Of a stretch of DNA of 32,000 nucleotides, positions 16,957 through 26,012 are shown one piece after another. The stretch lies in the NCBI GenBank assembly GCA_965224465.1, contig OZ245049.1, positions 900,001 through 932,000 on the forward strand, given 5' to 3'. The notes below the pieces were generated by a model. The model had not been told where the DNA came from, did no database searches, and was given only the letters and a program-made list of their open reading frames with translations. This DNA comes from Flavobacteriaceae bacterium. Lineage in GTDB: Bacteria > Bacteroidota > Bacteroidia > Flavobacteriales > Flavobacteriaceae. A program made the translations under genes and the position numbers. Every line of letters begins with the position of its first letter. Position 1 is the first letter of the stretch.

Positions 16957-16998
16957 TAAAAAAAGTCCCATTGAATTAATTTCAATGGGACTTTTTTA
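16957..16998. terminator. bidirectional rho-independent terminator
   Basis: Perfect 12-bp stem AGTCCCATTGAA (16964-16975) / TTCAATGGGACT (16981-16992), flanked by an A-run and a T-run, between convergent genes. Confidence 0.9.
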
Positions 16999-17013
16999 TA
17001 GACAATCAAATGT

Positions 17014-18441
17014 TTATACTGCTACTTTTAAACCTAATTTAACCCCTCTCTTTAGCATAAAGGCATAGGCTTCATCATAATTATTTTTAATAGTACCATC
17101 AAGGATTGCTTCTTTAATAGCATCTTTTAAGACCCCTATTTCACGACATGGTTTTAATTTAAACGTATCCATAATCATCTCACCCGTTACTGGCGATTGA
17201 AAATTACGCACATGATCCCGAGCTTCAACCTCTTTTATTTTATCTCTTACAATTTTAAAATTGTTATGGTATTTTTTAAATTTCTTAGGATTTTTTGTTG
17301 TGATATCTGCTTCGCAGAGCGTCATTAAACTTTCGATATCATCCCCTGTATCAAACACCAACCTACGAACCGCAGAATCTGTAACATTTGTAGCGAGCAC
17401 AATAGGTCTTGAACTCAAAAATACCATTTTCTGTACAAATTTCATTTTGTTATTCAGAGGCATTTTCAATCGTTTAAATAATTTAAAAACCATTTTTGAG
17501 CCCACAAATTCGTGAGAATGAAAAGTCCATCCAATTTTTTTATCAAACTTTTTAGTAGGAGCTTTCCCAATATCATGTAATAAAGCTGCCCAGCGCAACC
17601 ACAAATTATCTGTTGTTTTACAAATATTATCTACCACTTCTAAACTGTGGTAAAAATTATCTTTATGAGTTTCACCTTCTACATCATCAACGCCTAGCAG
17701 TGCAGTCAATTCTGGCATAAAACGTTTTAACAAACCTGTTTTTTCCATCAATAAAAAACCAATAGAAGGTTTGGAAGATTTCAGTATTTTATTCAGCTCA
17801 TCTACAATTCGTTCCCGAGTAATAATATCTATACGTTCAGCATTTTTCGCAATAGACTCCAAGGATATTTTTTCTATTTTGAATTCTAATTGAGACGCAA
17901 ATCTTACCGCTCTCATCATGCGTAACGGATCGTCGGAATAGGTAATGTCAGGATCTAAAGGAGTTCTAATAATTCCTTTTTCCATATCTTCAATTCCTTG
18001 AAAAGGATCTAGCAACACACCAAAACTATTTTTATTCAAGCTAATAGCTAGAGCATTGATTGTAAAGTCGCGTCGTTTTTGATCGTCTTCTAAAGTACCG
18101 TCCTCCACTACTGGATTCCGGCTATCTTCTGAATAAGATTCCTTTCTTGCTCCTACAAACTCCAATTCAATGTCGTTATAACGTAACATTGCCGTACCGT
18201 ACGTTTTAAAAACTTGTACTTTTGGTTTATTCGGTAATAATTGGGCTACTTTCTGAGCCAATTCGATACCACTTCCAACAGCTACAATATCAATATCTTT
18301 TGCATCACCACGTTTTAATAAAAAATCGCGTACAAAACCACCAATTACGTAGGTTTCCATGTGTAATGTAGCAGCCGCCTCACTTATATAAGTAAAAATA
18401 GTGTCCGAAACAGCTTCCGAACAATTTTTAAAATCAGTCAT
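17014..18441 (-). CDS. tRNA nucleotidyltransferase (CCA-adding) / poly(A) polymerase family protein with HD domain
   Basis: GGFVRDFLL..DIDIV nucleotidyltransferase motif, RDFTINA, and the HD region (HDIGK). ATG 18441 lies 1 nt after the tsaC stop and is preferred. An upstream ATG at 18474 would overlap tsaC by 32 nt and cannot be excluded. Confidence 0.8.
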   Translation of the reverse strand: MTDFKNCSEAVSDTIFTYISEAAATLHMETYVIGGFVRDFLLKRGDAKDIDIVAVGSGIELAQKVAQLLPNKPKVQVFKTYGTAMLRYNDIELEFVGARKESYSEDSRNPVVEDGTLEDDQKRRDFTINALAISLNKNSFGVLLDPFQGIEDMEKGIIRTPLDPDITYSDDPLRMMRAVRFASQLEFKIEKISLESIAKNAERIDIITRERIVDELNKILKSSKPSIGFLLMEKTGLLKRFMPELTALLGVDDVEGETHKDNFYHSLEVVDNICKTTDNLWLRWAALLHDIGKAPTKKFDKKIGWTFHSHEFVGSKMVFKLFKRLKMPLNNKMKFVQKMVFLSSRPIVLATNVTDSAVRRLVFDTGDDIESLMTLCEADITTKNPKKFKKYHNNFKIVRDKIKEVEARDHVRNFQSPVTGEMIMDTFKLKPCREIGVLKDAIKEAILDGTIKNNYDEAYAFMLKRGVKLGLKVAV

Positions 18442-18442
18442 A

Positions 18443-19006
18443 TTATTTTCTAAGCACTTCAAATTCCCCTCCATCCAACAATCTAAGGATGGTAGACGAA
18501 CTCATCGATTCATTTTCTAGCGGCAAATTTACAATATAGTCTACGCTGTTCAAAATAGAAGTTGAAATATTTTCAAATGAAGTTGGAGTTTCTTCCCCAC
18601 TCACATTAGCAGACGTAGAAACAATAGGTTTTCCAAATGCCGTTATCAGCGTTTGACAGAACTTGTGCTTCACAATTCGAACCGCCACAGTGTTGTCTTG
18701 AGCAATCACATTTGCTGCCAATCCTTTTGGGTTTTTATAAATAATTGTTGTTGGTTTTACAAGCGTTTTAAGGGTCTCAATAACCTTTTCGGGAATATCA
18801 TCTATGTATTTCTTCAACATAGCGACTCCGTCTACCAAAATAATTAAGCTTTTACTTTCCTCCCGTTGCTTGCTTTTAAATATTTTTTTAACCGCCTCTT
18901 CTGAGGTTGCATCACACCCAAGTCCCCATACCGTATCTGTTGGATATAAAATTGTTTGTTTATTATTTAATCTTAAAAGACTTTTATCAATTTCTTTAAT
19001 CATCAC
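18443..19006 (-). CDS. tsaC: L-threonylcarbamoyladenylate synthase (YrdC/TsaC type)
   Basis: ILYPTDTVWGLGCDA, SKSLIILV and PIVSTSANVSGE are the YrdC-domain motifs. 187 aa. Confidence 0.85.
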   Translation of the reverse strand: MMIKEIDKSLLRLNNKQTILYPTDTVWGLGCDATSEEAVKKIFKSKQREESKSLIILVDGVAMLKKYIDDIPEKVIETLKTLVKPTTIIYKNPKGLAANVIAQDNTVAVRIVKHKFCQTLITAFGKPIVSTSANVSGEETPTSFENISTSILNSVDYIVNLPLENESMSSSTILRLLDGGEFEVLRK

Positions 19007-19008
19007 TT

Positions 19009-19842
19009 TTAATCATTTTTTAAAATACTTAGGAGGTCATAATAGTTAGACAATGCAAGCCATTGCACATCATTTTTATTTTTACCTACGTTTTCTTTCT
19101 TTAGAGATATTTTTTGAGTTCCAATAATAGGAATAGGTTCTACTGGAATATCTTCGGATTGTCTAGAATTTGTCCCTTGCAACAATGCCATTCCTTTGAA
19201 CCATAAATCATCTGCTTTAGGCGTAAGCTCTAGAAATAATTTTTGATTAAAAATCTCTTGAGAAAGACTTGACGCAGGATATAATATCCCCCAAGCTCCA
19301 ATTGGCAAAAAGGAATTTAATTTGCCTTGAAGATCTACCTTTCTCCACATCACTCCAGGTAAATAATTCCCGTCTGAATCAATTTTAATCTGAGTTACTT
19401 CATTTGCAATAATATCAGCAGGATATTTTAAATGCTGTTGGTACAGTTTTCCAAGCCAATTTTTATCATATATTAAATCATCGTCACAGGTAATAATGGT
19501 CTCATTAGGATACATTTTTAAACTATGAATTAACTTTCTATGAGAACAGGTCAATGCAGAATAATGAATTTCAAAAAGCGATGATTCTAACTTTCTTAAG
19601 CGTCTCGGAATTCTCCCCTTTAAATCATCGTTCAACCATAATACAATTTTTTTTGGACGATATGTTTGATGAAACAAACTTTTGATGACAAGGTGTAACG
19701 TATTGATTCTAGAAGGTATCGATGTTAATGAAATAATAACAGGCAGTTCTTTTTTAAGATTATTACACAACATAGATTTTGGCAACAATGATAAATATGC
19801 AGAATAAAAAAGAGATTTTGGTAATTCTTTAAGTACTTTCAT
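19009..19842 (-). CDS. putative glycosyltransferase (GT-A-like, DDD motif)
   Basis: VIISLTSIPSRI..LH..I.SL..Q followed by ITCDDDLIY resembles small polysaccharide/LPS glycosyltransferases. The family is not identified precisely. Confidence 0.5.
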   Translation of the reverse strand: MKVLKELPKSLFYSAYLSLLPKSMLCNNLKKELPVIISLTSIPSRINTLHLVIKSLFHQTYRPKKIVLWLNDDLKGRIPRRLRKLESSLFEIHYSALTCSHRKLIHSLKMYPNETIITCDDDLIYDKNWLGKLYQQHLKYPADIIANEVTQIKIDSDGNYLPGVMWRKVDLQGKLNSFLPIGAWGILYPASSLSQEIFNQKLFLELTPKADDLWFKGMALLQGTNSRQSEDIPVEPIPIIGTQKISLKKENVGKNKNDVQWLALSNYYDLLSILKND

Positions 19843-19860
19843 CTTGATAATAAGTTCTAA

Positions 19861-20772
19861 TTAATAAGAAGTGATACAATCTTGTCCCACAGGTATTTCT
19901 GGTAAATTCAAATAATCACCAATCACTTTATTGTAAGAATCTGGATAAAAATCCAATCTTCCATCTCCAGGATAAAACGTGAGTTCTCCAAATATGGTTT
20001 TTCCTTTAATCGAATAAAAATCGACCCGTACAAAAGGCAGTTTATCTGCCAATATTCTAGCCAAGGAAATCATTTCTTCAAAATTTTCTGGTTTTTCTAA
20101 TTTCTCAGAAATAACATTTTCTTCTTTGACATCTCTAAATGGCAGTGGTTCAAAATTAAAATCATAGAAACCAGACAAATGCGTTTCTGTCCTGTCTAAG
20201 TGAACTTCTAAAAACCTAGGCTCTCCATTAAAACAATAAAATTTATAATCATTTAATGCAGACCTACCTGCTTCTTCAATAAAAGTATCTGCTAGCAACC
20301 TCGGCTTCACATCTTTATACGCCCATTCTTTACCCGTCCTATTGTATTGATTTATACGCATCCATTTATTTAACAAATAGATAGCTTTAGGTCTGTTCAG
20401 TTTTTCTTTATCATCTACTATTAGATTAAAACCACAGCCATGTACCCCTTTAATTACAAATTTATTCGGCAACGTATCAAAGTCAATATCCGAGACCTTA
20501 TCGTAAACAGCAATCATATCATTTAAATAAATTTTTCCAATTTTCTTTTCCACATAAGATCTAACCGCATATTTATCAACAAGTTGATTTAAAATTACAG
20601 GATGATAAAACACTTTTAACCATGCTATTTTCTGATTAAATTCAACCGGATTATCTAACTCTAACTTTTTACCTGTATAATATTCATAATGAATTTTGAG
20701 ATACTTTTCAGCGGGTAAAAATTTCATTTTCTTTAAAATCCCCAATCTTATTTTATTTATTATTTTAAACAT
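19861..20772 (-). CDS. ATP-grasp fold amidoligase, TupA-like
   Basis: The N-terminal YLKIHYEYYTGKKLELDNPVEFNQKIAWLK and the FVIKGVHGCG, YKFYCFNGEP, VRVDFY..G..IFGELTFYPG motifs are typical of the TupA-like ATP-grasp family. Confidence 0.75.
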   Translation of the reverse strand: MFKIINKIRLGILKKMKFLPAEKYLKIHYEYYTGKKLELDNPVEFNQKIAWLKVFYHPVILNQLVDKYAVRSYVEKKIGKIYLNDMIAVYDKVSDIDFDTLPNKFVIKGVHGCGFNLIVDDKEKLNRPKAIYLLNKWMRINQYNRTGKEWAYKDVKPRLLADTFIEEAGRSALNDYKFYCFNGEPRFLEVHLDRTETHLSGFYDFNFEPLPFRDVKEENVISEKLEKPENFEEMISLARILADKLPFVRVDFYSIKGKTIFGELTFYPGDGRLDFYPDSYNKVIGDYLNLPEIPVGQDCITSY

Positions 20773-20793
20773 CTAAATTCTTATTTTTATGAA

Positions 20794-20801
20794 CAAATAT
20801 A
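20794..20801 (-). promoter_or_regulatory. -7 promoter box TATATTTG (minus strand)
   Basis: Exact TAnnTTTG match 22 nt upstream of ATG 20772. A near-consensus TAATTTTA on the plus strand (20804-20811) sits 22 nt upstream of ATG 20833, giving a back-to-back divergent arrangement. Confidence 0.5.
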
Positions 20802-20832
20802 TGTAATTTTACCTTTTTAAAAAGTCAATTAC

Positions 20833-21651
20833 ATGAAAATATCAGTTATTATTAGTACCTATAATGCTAAAGAATGGCTAGAAAAGGTCTTATGGGGCTA
20901 CAATCAACAAACGTTTAAGGAATTTGAATTGGTTATTGCTGATGATGGATCTAAAAAAGACACGAAAGAACTTATTGACTCCTTTACTGCCATTGCAAAC
21001 TATCCTATTATACATGTATGGCATGAAGACAATGGATTTCAAAAATCAGAGATTCTAAACAAAGCAATTGCTGCGAGTACAACACCTTATATCATAATGT
21101 CTGATGGAGATTGTATCCCACGAAAAGATTTTGTGGAGACACATGACACATTTAGAGAAAAAGGATACATGCTTTCTGGAGGATATTACAAGCTACCTTT
21201 AAATATTTCGAATTTAATTTGTGAAGATGACATTATCACCAACAAATGTTTTGACATTGATTGGTTATTAAAAAACGGCTTAAAAAAAACACATAAAAAC
21301 AATAAACTAACCGCTTCTGGTTGGAAAGAAAGAATACTAAACAGGTTTACTCCTACAAAAGCTACATGGAATGGTCACAATGCATCTGGTTGGAAAGAAG
21401 ATATTATAGCTGTTAATGGTATGGATGAACGCATGCAATACGGCGGTCAGGATAGAGAATTAGGAGAGCGCTTAGTAAATTACGGAATTAAATCAAAACA
21501 AATTCGTTATAGCGCCATTGTTATTCATCTTGATCACCCTAGAGGCTATGCAAATCCTGATAGTTGGAAAAAAAACAATGCCATTAGAAAAAATACGAGA
21601 AACAACAAGGTGAAATTTACACCTTTTGGATTGGTAAAAGAAAACAAATAA
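20833..21651 (+). CDS. family 2 glycosyltransferase
   Basis: ISVIISTYNAKEWLEKVL, LVIADDGS and SDGDCIP (DxD) motifs. The C-terminal region resembles the galactosyltransferase C-terminal domain. Confidence 0.85.
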   Translation: MKISVIISTYNAKEWLEKVLWGYNQQTFKEFELVIADDGSKKDTKELIDSFTAIANYPIIHVWHEDNGFQKSEILNKAIAASTTPYIIMSDGDCIPRKDFVETHDTFREKGYMLSGGYYKLPLNISNLICEDDIITNKCFDIDWLLKNGLKKTHKNNKLTASGWKERILNRFTPTKATWNGHNASGWKEDIIAVNGMDERMQYGGQDRELGERLVNYGIKSKQIRYSAIVIHLDHPRGYANPDSWKKNNAIRKNTRNNKVKFTPFGLVKENK

Positions 21652-21710
21652 TCCCAAAGGCACACTGTTTATCACACCTTAATAAGGTACGATAAACAGT
21701 ATGTTTGGGA
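21652..21710. terminator. long imperfect hairpin between convergent genes (probable terminator)
   Basis: TCCCAAA (21652-21658) pairs with TTTGGGA (21704-21710), and CTGTTTATC (21665-21673) pairs with GATAAACAG (21691-21699). T-rich sequence follows only on the minus strand. Confidence 0.5.
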
Positions 21711-21777
21711 ACAAACCACTCCTTATAAAGACCTAACATGTCATCTAAAAGGAAATTAATCGTTTTTGTTCTGCGTA

Positions 21778-22593
21778 TTATACCGCAACATCATTTTCGC
21801 GCAAGGCATCATTTAAAGAAGTCTTTTTATCCGTACTTTCTTTACGTTTACCAATAATAATAGCACAGGGTACATTGTATTCTCCTGCAGGAAATTTCTT
21901 AGCATAACTACCAGGAATCACTACAGATCTTGAAGGAACTCTCCCTTTTATCTCCACGGGCTTATCACCTGTTACATCAATAATTTTTGTGCTAGCAGTC
22001 AATACAACATTGGCACCTAATACGGCTTCCTTTTCTATATAAACTCCTTCTACAACAATACATCTAGACCCGATAAAAACATTGTCTTCAATAATCACAG
22101 GAGCTGCTTGTAAAGGCTCTAAAACTCCTCCAATACCTACACCTCCACTTAAATGAACATTTTTTCCTATTTGAGCACAACTTCCTACTGTAGCCCAAGT
22201 ATCTACCATTGTCCCCTCTCCTACATAGGCGCCAATATTCACATAACTCGGCATCAGGATAGTTCCAGGTGCAATATATGATCCATACCTTGCCACAGCA
22301 TGAGGAACTACACGAATTCCTTTTTCTTTATAACCTGTTTTTAGAGGGATTTTATCGTGGTATTCAAAAATACCAACTTCCATTGTTTTCATTTTTTGAA
22401 TTGGAAAATACAATACAACTGCTTTTTTCACCCATTCATTCACCTGCCAACCATCTGCAGTAGGCTCAGCTACTCTTAAGGTACCTGCATCTAACAAGCT
22501 AACCACTTTACGAATGGCAGTTGTTGTTTTATCTTCCTTTAACAAGTCTCTATTTTCCCAAGCTTGCTCTATAATAATTCTTAAATTTTCCAT
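21778..22593 (-). CDS. dapD: 2,3,4,5-tetrahydropyridine-2,6-dicarboxylate N-succinyltransferase
   Basis: The N-terminus IIEQAWENRDLLKE and the left-handed beta-helix hexapeptide repeats (GAYVGEGTMVD..GSCAQIGKNVHLSGGVGIGGVLEP) indicate DapD. Confidence 0.9.
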   Translation of the reverse strand: MENLRIIIEQAWENRDLLKEDKTTTAIRKVVSLLDAGTLRVAEPTADGWQVNEWVKKAVVLYFPIQKMKTMEVGIFEYHDKIPLKTGYKEKGIRVVPHAVARYGSYIAPGTILMPSYVNIGAYVGEGTMVDTWATVGSCAQIGKNVHLSGGVGIGGVLEPLQAAPVIIEDNVFIGSRCIVVEGVYIEKEAVLGANVVLTASTKIIDVTGDKPVEIKGRVPSRSVVIPGSYAKKFPAGEYNVPCAIIIGKRKESTDKKTSLNDALRENDVAV

Positions 22594-22613
22594 TTTTTTG
22601 TTAGGTATATCAG

Positions 22614-22621
22614 CAAATATA
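22614..22621 (-). promoter_or_regulatory. -7 promoter box TATATTTG for dapD
   Basis: Exact TAnnTTTG match on the minus strand, 20 nt upstream of ATG 22593. Confidence 0.55.
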
Positions 22622-22646
22622 AAATTAAAACAATTATAGTTTTACT

Positions 22647-22662
22647 TAAATTTGTAAATTTG
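22647..22662 (+). promoter_or_regulatory. two abutting -7 boxes TAAATTTG-TAAATTTG
   Basis: Both 8-mers match TAnnTTTG exactly. The second contains the TTG that the ORF track used as the ruvX start. Confidence 0.5.
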
Positions 22663-22689
22663 TACACTATTATAGAAAATGTTAATATT

Positions 22690-23115
22690 TTGAGTAGAAT
22701 TTTAGCCTTAGATTTAGGAAAAAAAAGAACGGGAATTGCCGTTACTGATGAAATGCAAATTATTGCTTCCGGATTAAAAACCGTTGAAACAAAGAAATTG
22801 TTTTCGTTTTTAATGACGTATTTCAAAACAGAAAAAGTAGAATTGTTAATTATTGGTGAGCCCAAACAGATGGACAATACTCCAAGTGAGAGTGAAGCGA
22901 TCATGCAGCCAATCATTCAAAAGCTACAACAAACATTCCCTAAAATGCCTATCAAACGTATCGATGAACGTTTTACCTCTAAAATGGCATTTCAAACAAT
23001 GATAGACAGTGGGCTTGGTAAAAAAAAGAGGCAAAACAAAGCCTTAATTGATGAAATTAGCGCAACCATAATACTGCAATCATATCTTTACAACAAAGAA
23101 AAAGGTTCTTTTTAA
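22690..23115 (+). CDS. ruvX: Holliday junction resolvase RuvX (YqgF family)
   Basis: ILALDLGKKRTGIAVTD is the YqgF N-terminal motif and DERFTS is the conserved C-terminal motif. The start is uncertain. TTG 22690 gives 141 aa (xSRILALDLG) and is preferred because TTG 22660 lies inside the predicted promoter box. Confidence 0.75.
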   Translation: MSRILALDLGKKRTGIAVTDEMQIIASGLKTVETKKLFSFLMTYFKTEKVELLIIGEPKQMDNTPSESEAIMQPIIQKLQQTFPKMPIKRIDERFTSKMAFQTMIDSGLGKKKRQNKALIDEISATIILQSYLYNKEKGSF

Positions 23116-23154
23116 AAATGGTTGTACTTTTGCACAAAATTAGAAATTAAATAT

Positions 23155-23739
23155 ATGGTGTTACCTATTATCGCTTACGGCGATCCTATATTGAGAAAAG
23201 TGGGTCTTGATATCGACAAGGATTATAAAGATCTAAAATCTCTTTTGAAAAACATGAAAGAGACCATGGAAAACGCCCATGGTGTAGGTTTGGCTGCTCC
23301 ACAGGTAGGACGTGCTATTCGCTTGTTTTTAGTTGACGCATCTCCTTTTGCAGAAGATGATGACTTGGATCAAAAAGAACGTGACTTTCTAGCGACGTTT
23401 AACAGGACATTTATCAATGCCAAAATCACACACGAAGAAGGCGAATCTTGGTCGTTTAACGAAGGCTGCCTAAGCATCCCTAATATTCGTGAAGATGTAT
23501 TTAGACAACCAAAAATAACCATACACTACTTGGACGAAAATTTTAAAGAACACACCGATGTTTTAGAAGGATTAGCGGCGAGAATAGTACAACACGAATA
23601 CGATCATATTGAGGGAATTTTATTTACCGACAAGGTATCATCCCTCAAAAAACGATTGTTAAAGAAAAAATTAGAAAACATTTCCAAAGGAAAAATTGAT
23701 ATTGATTACAGAATGAAATTTCCTTTATTAAAAAGATAA
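23155..23739 (+). CDS. def: peptide deformylase
   Basis: The three deformylase motifs are present: GVGLAAPQVG, EGCLSIP, QHEYDHIEG. The start is at ATG 23155 (MVLPIIAYGDPILR). Confidence 0.9.
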   Translation: MVLPIIAYGDPILRKVGLDIDKDYKDLKSLLKNMKETMENAHGVGLAAPQVGRAIRLFLVDASPFAEDDDLDQKERDFLATFNRTFINAKITHEEGESWSFNEGCLSIPNIREDVFRQPKITIHYLDENFKEHTDVLEGLAARIVQHEYDHIEGILFTDKVSSLKKRLLKKKLENISKGKIDIDYRMKFPLLKR

Positions 23740-23748
23740 GAAAGATAT

Positions 23749-24177
23749 ATGGATTTAAAAAAGATAGTTGCCGTAAGTGGTAGACCAGGATTGTACGAAA
23801 TAAAAGCACAATCTAAAGCAGGAATTATTGTAGAATCATTACTAGATGGAAAACGTTTTCCGATCACAGTTACTCACAATGTGAGTGTACTAAATGATAT
23901 TGCTATATACACCTACGAAGAAGAAGTGCCTCTGCGTGAAATTTTCAAAACAATCTTTGAAAAAGAACAAGGAGCAGCTACAATTACGCATAAAGCAAGC
24001 AGTAAAGAATTAACGACTTACTTTAGCGAGATTTTACCTAGCTACGATGCAGAACGCGTTTATGCTTCTAACATCAAAAAAGTAATACAATGGTATAATT
24101 TATTGGCTGAAAAAAGTTTTGATTTCACTGCGATTCCTGAAGAAGAAGAAGAAAGTGAAGAAACAGCTAAAGCATAA
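23749..24177 (+). CDS. DUF5606 domain protein
   Basis: KIVAVSGRPGLYEIKAQSKAGIIVESLLDGKRFP resembles the flavobacterial DUF5606 proteins usually found between def and mazG. It has an acidic C-terminal tail. Confidence 0.65.
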   Translation: MDLKKIVAVSGRPGLYEIKAQSKAGIIVESLLDGKRFPITVTHNVSVLNDIAIYTYEEEVPLREIFKTIFEKEQGAATITHKASSKELTTYFSEILPSYDAERVYASNIKKVIQWYNLLAEKSFDFTAIPEEEEESEETAKA

Positions 24178-24947
24178 TGAATACACGTAAACAACAACTC
24201 GATGCATTTGAACGATTGTTGGATATTATGGATGAATTGCGATTGAAATGTCCTTGGGATAAAAAACAGACATTTCAATCGCTTCGCCATCTTACCATCG
24301 AAGAAACCTATGAACTGGGCGATGCCATTTTGGACAATAACCAAGATGAAATCAAAAAAGAATTGGGAGACTTGTTGTTACACATCATTTTCTATGCAAA
24401 AATAGGTTCAGAAACAGATGCTTTTGACATTGCAGATGTTGCCAATGAGATCTCTGAAAAACTTATTTTTAGACATCCCCATATCTATGGAGATGTAGTG
24501 GTCGCCGATGAAGAAGAAGTCAAAAAAAACTGGGAAAAACTAAAGTTAAAAGAAGGAAGATCTTCGGTGCTTGAAGGTGTGCCTAAATCTTTACCAGCTC
24601 TTGTAAAAGCTGCAAGAATTCAAGAAAAAGTAGCAGGTGTAGGTTTCGAATGGAATCAAACTTCCCAAGCTTTGGATAAAATAAAAGAAGAAATTAGAGA
24701 ATTAGAACAAGAAATCGCTCTCAAAAACCAAGATGCCATTGAAGATGAATTTGGCGATGTTTTATTCTCCTTAATAAATTACGCTCGTTTTATCAAAGTA
24801 AATCCTGAAAATGCTTTAGAACGTACCAATAAAAAATTTATTAGCCGCTTCCAATTCATTGAAGCAAAAGCAAAAGAAAAAGGAAAGGAAATTACAGACT
24901 TATCCCTGTCAGAAATGGAATCTATTTGGTTGGAAGCCAAAAAATAA
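24177..24947 (+). CDS. mazG: nucleoside triphosphate pyrophosphohydrolase MazG
   Basis: Tandem MazG domains with LRLKCPWDKKQTFQSLRHLTIEETYEL, ELGDLLLHI and EFGDVLFSLINYAR. The ATG overlaps the upstream TAA (TAATG). Confidence 0.9.
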   Translation: MNTRKQQLDAFERLLDIMDELRLKCPWDKKQTFQSLRHLTIEETYELGDAILDNNQDEIKKELGDLLLHIIFYAKIGSETDAFDIADVANEISEKLIFRHPHIYGDVVVADEEEVKKNWEKLKLKEGRSSVLEGVPKSLPALVKAARIQEKVAGVGFEWNQTSQALDKIKEEIRELEQEIALKNQDAIEDEFGDVLFSLINYARFIKVNPENALERTNKKFISRFQFIEAKAKEKGKEITDLSLSEMESIWLEAKK

Positions 24948-24985
24948 TTTCATTTCTAAACCTTCACTTAAAATTTAATTGGTAT
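24938..24985 (+). repeat. intergenic mosaic repeat, module M3 only (degenerate)
   Basis: CAAAAAATAATTTCATTTCTAAACCTTCACTTAAAATTTAATTGGTAT overlaps the last codons and the stop of mazG. Confidence 0.75.
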
Positions 24986-25081
24986 TGCTTTACTCCTTTA
25001 TTTACGAGAATAAACACGTTTAAACTTTAGTTAAAACCGTTTAATTTGATTAAATTAGTTCTTCAACAAAAGAACAAATTT

Positions 25082-25813
25082 ATGCCAAAAACACTCATTA
25101 TTACTGGCGGTAGTAAAGGACTTGGACTTTCCATTGCCAAACGATTTCACAAAAAAGGATTTCGTGTTATTTCTATTGCTAGAAGTAAAGTAAACAAGCT
25201 TTACGAAATAGAACAATACCAATGTGACCTTTCAATTTCAGCTGACTTAAAGGCTACTTTTCTAACTATATTTAAATCGATAAACGAACAAGAGACAGGA
25301 TCTATTGTTATGATAAATAATGCAGGAATGCTTGGTGAAGTAGACACCTTAGGAAATGTCCCTTTAGAAAGCATCCAACAGACCATACAATTAAACCTGA
25401 CCGCTCCAATGCAGATAAATTCCCTATTTATCAAACATACCGAAGATTGGAATTGTCGCAAAAACATCATAAATATTTCTTCGGGAGCCGCCAGTAATGC
25501 ATATGGAAGTTGGAGTAGCTATTGTGCTTCTAAAGCTGGTTTAGACATGATGTGTAAAGTAATTTCTAAAGAGCAAAAAAACAATAAATACCCTATAAAA
25601 ATATCCAATATATACCCTGGCGTAGTAGCTACTGGCATGCAAGTAGAAGTACGTGCTGTAGCTCCTGAAAAATTTAAATCGTCCCAACGTTTTATAGAAT
25701 TTCATTTAAAAGGAGAACTCTCAGATCCAAATGATGTTGCCAAAGTAATTTATAAACTCTACAAAAAGAAAAAACTTACCGGTGGTAAAATTATTGATGT
25801 ACGAAAAATATAG
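25082..25813 (+). CDS. SDR-family oxidoreductase
   Basis: TGGSKGLGLSIA cofactor motif, NNAG, catalytic YCASK. The start is at ATG 25082 (MPKTLIITGG). Confidence 0.85.
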   Translation: MPKTLIITGGSKGLGLSIAKRFHKKGFRVISIARSKVNKLYEIEQYQCDLSISADLKATFLTIFKSINEQETGSIVMINNAGMLGEVDTLGNVPLESIQQTIQLNLTAPMQINSLFIKHTEDWNCRKNIINISSGAASNAYGSWSSYCASKAGLDMMCKVISKEQKNNKYPIKISNIYPGVVATGMQVEVRAVAPEKFKSSQRFIEFHLKGELSDPNDVAKVIYKLYKKKKLTGGKIIDVRKI

Positions 25814-25850
25814 CATGCTGTAACTCCAAACATCCTTCTTTATGTTGGTG

Positions 25851-26011
25851 ATACCAATTACAATCCAACATAACCAATATAAATAGTTTATTTTACGTTC
25901 TAGCGTCGTTAAAAAACAGAACGATAGCAAAGGCTATCCTTCTATTTTTTGCCTAGATAAAACAAAAAATAATTCTATTTCTAAACCGCCACTTGGAAAT
26001 GTATTTGGTAT
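25851..26011 (+). repeat. intergenic mosaic repeat, full form (M1-M2-M3), copy A
   Basis: Runs from ATACCAATTACAATCCAACATAACC to GGAAATGTATTTGGTAT. The M1-M2 part is visibly more diverged from the adjacent copy than the 4701 copy is. Confidence 0.95.
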
Positions 26012-26012
26012 C

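Noticed and set aside
1654-25081. Longer N-terminal extensions offered by the ORF track at 1654, 3315, 4012, 6655 (minus strand), 18474 (minus strand), 22660, 23122 and 25046.
   Set aside because: The extensions precede conserved family N-termini such as MVYDYIIVGSG, MVLPIIAYGDP and MPKTLIITGG. They overlap the upstream gene or lie upstream of or inside predicted -7 boxes. Internal ATG starts, or the internal TTG at 22690 for ruvX, give canonical protein lengths. Only 18474 remains a genuine alternative.
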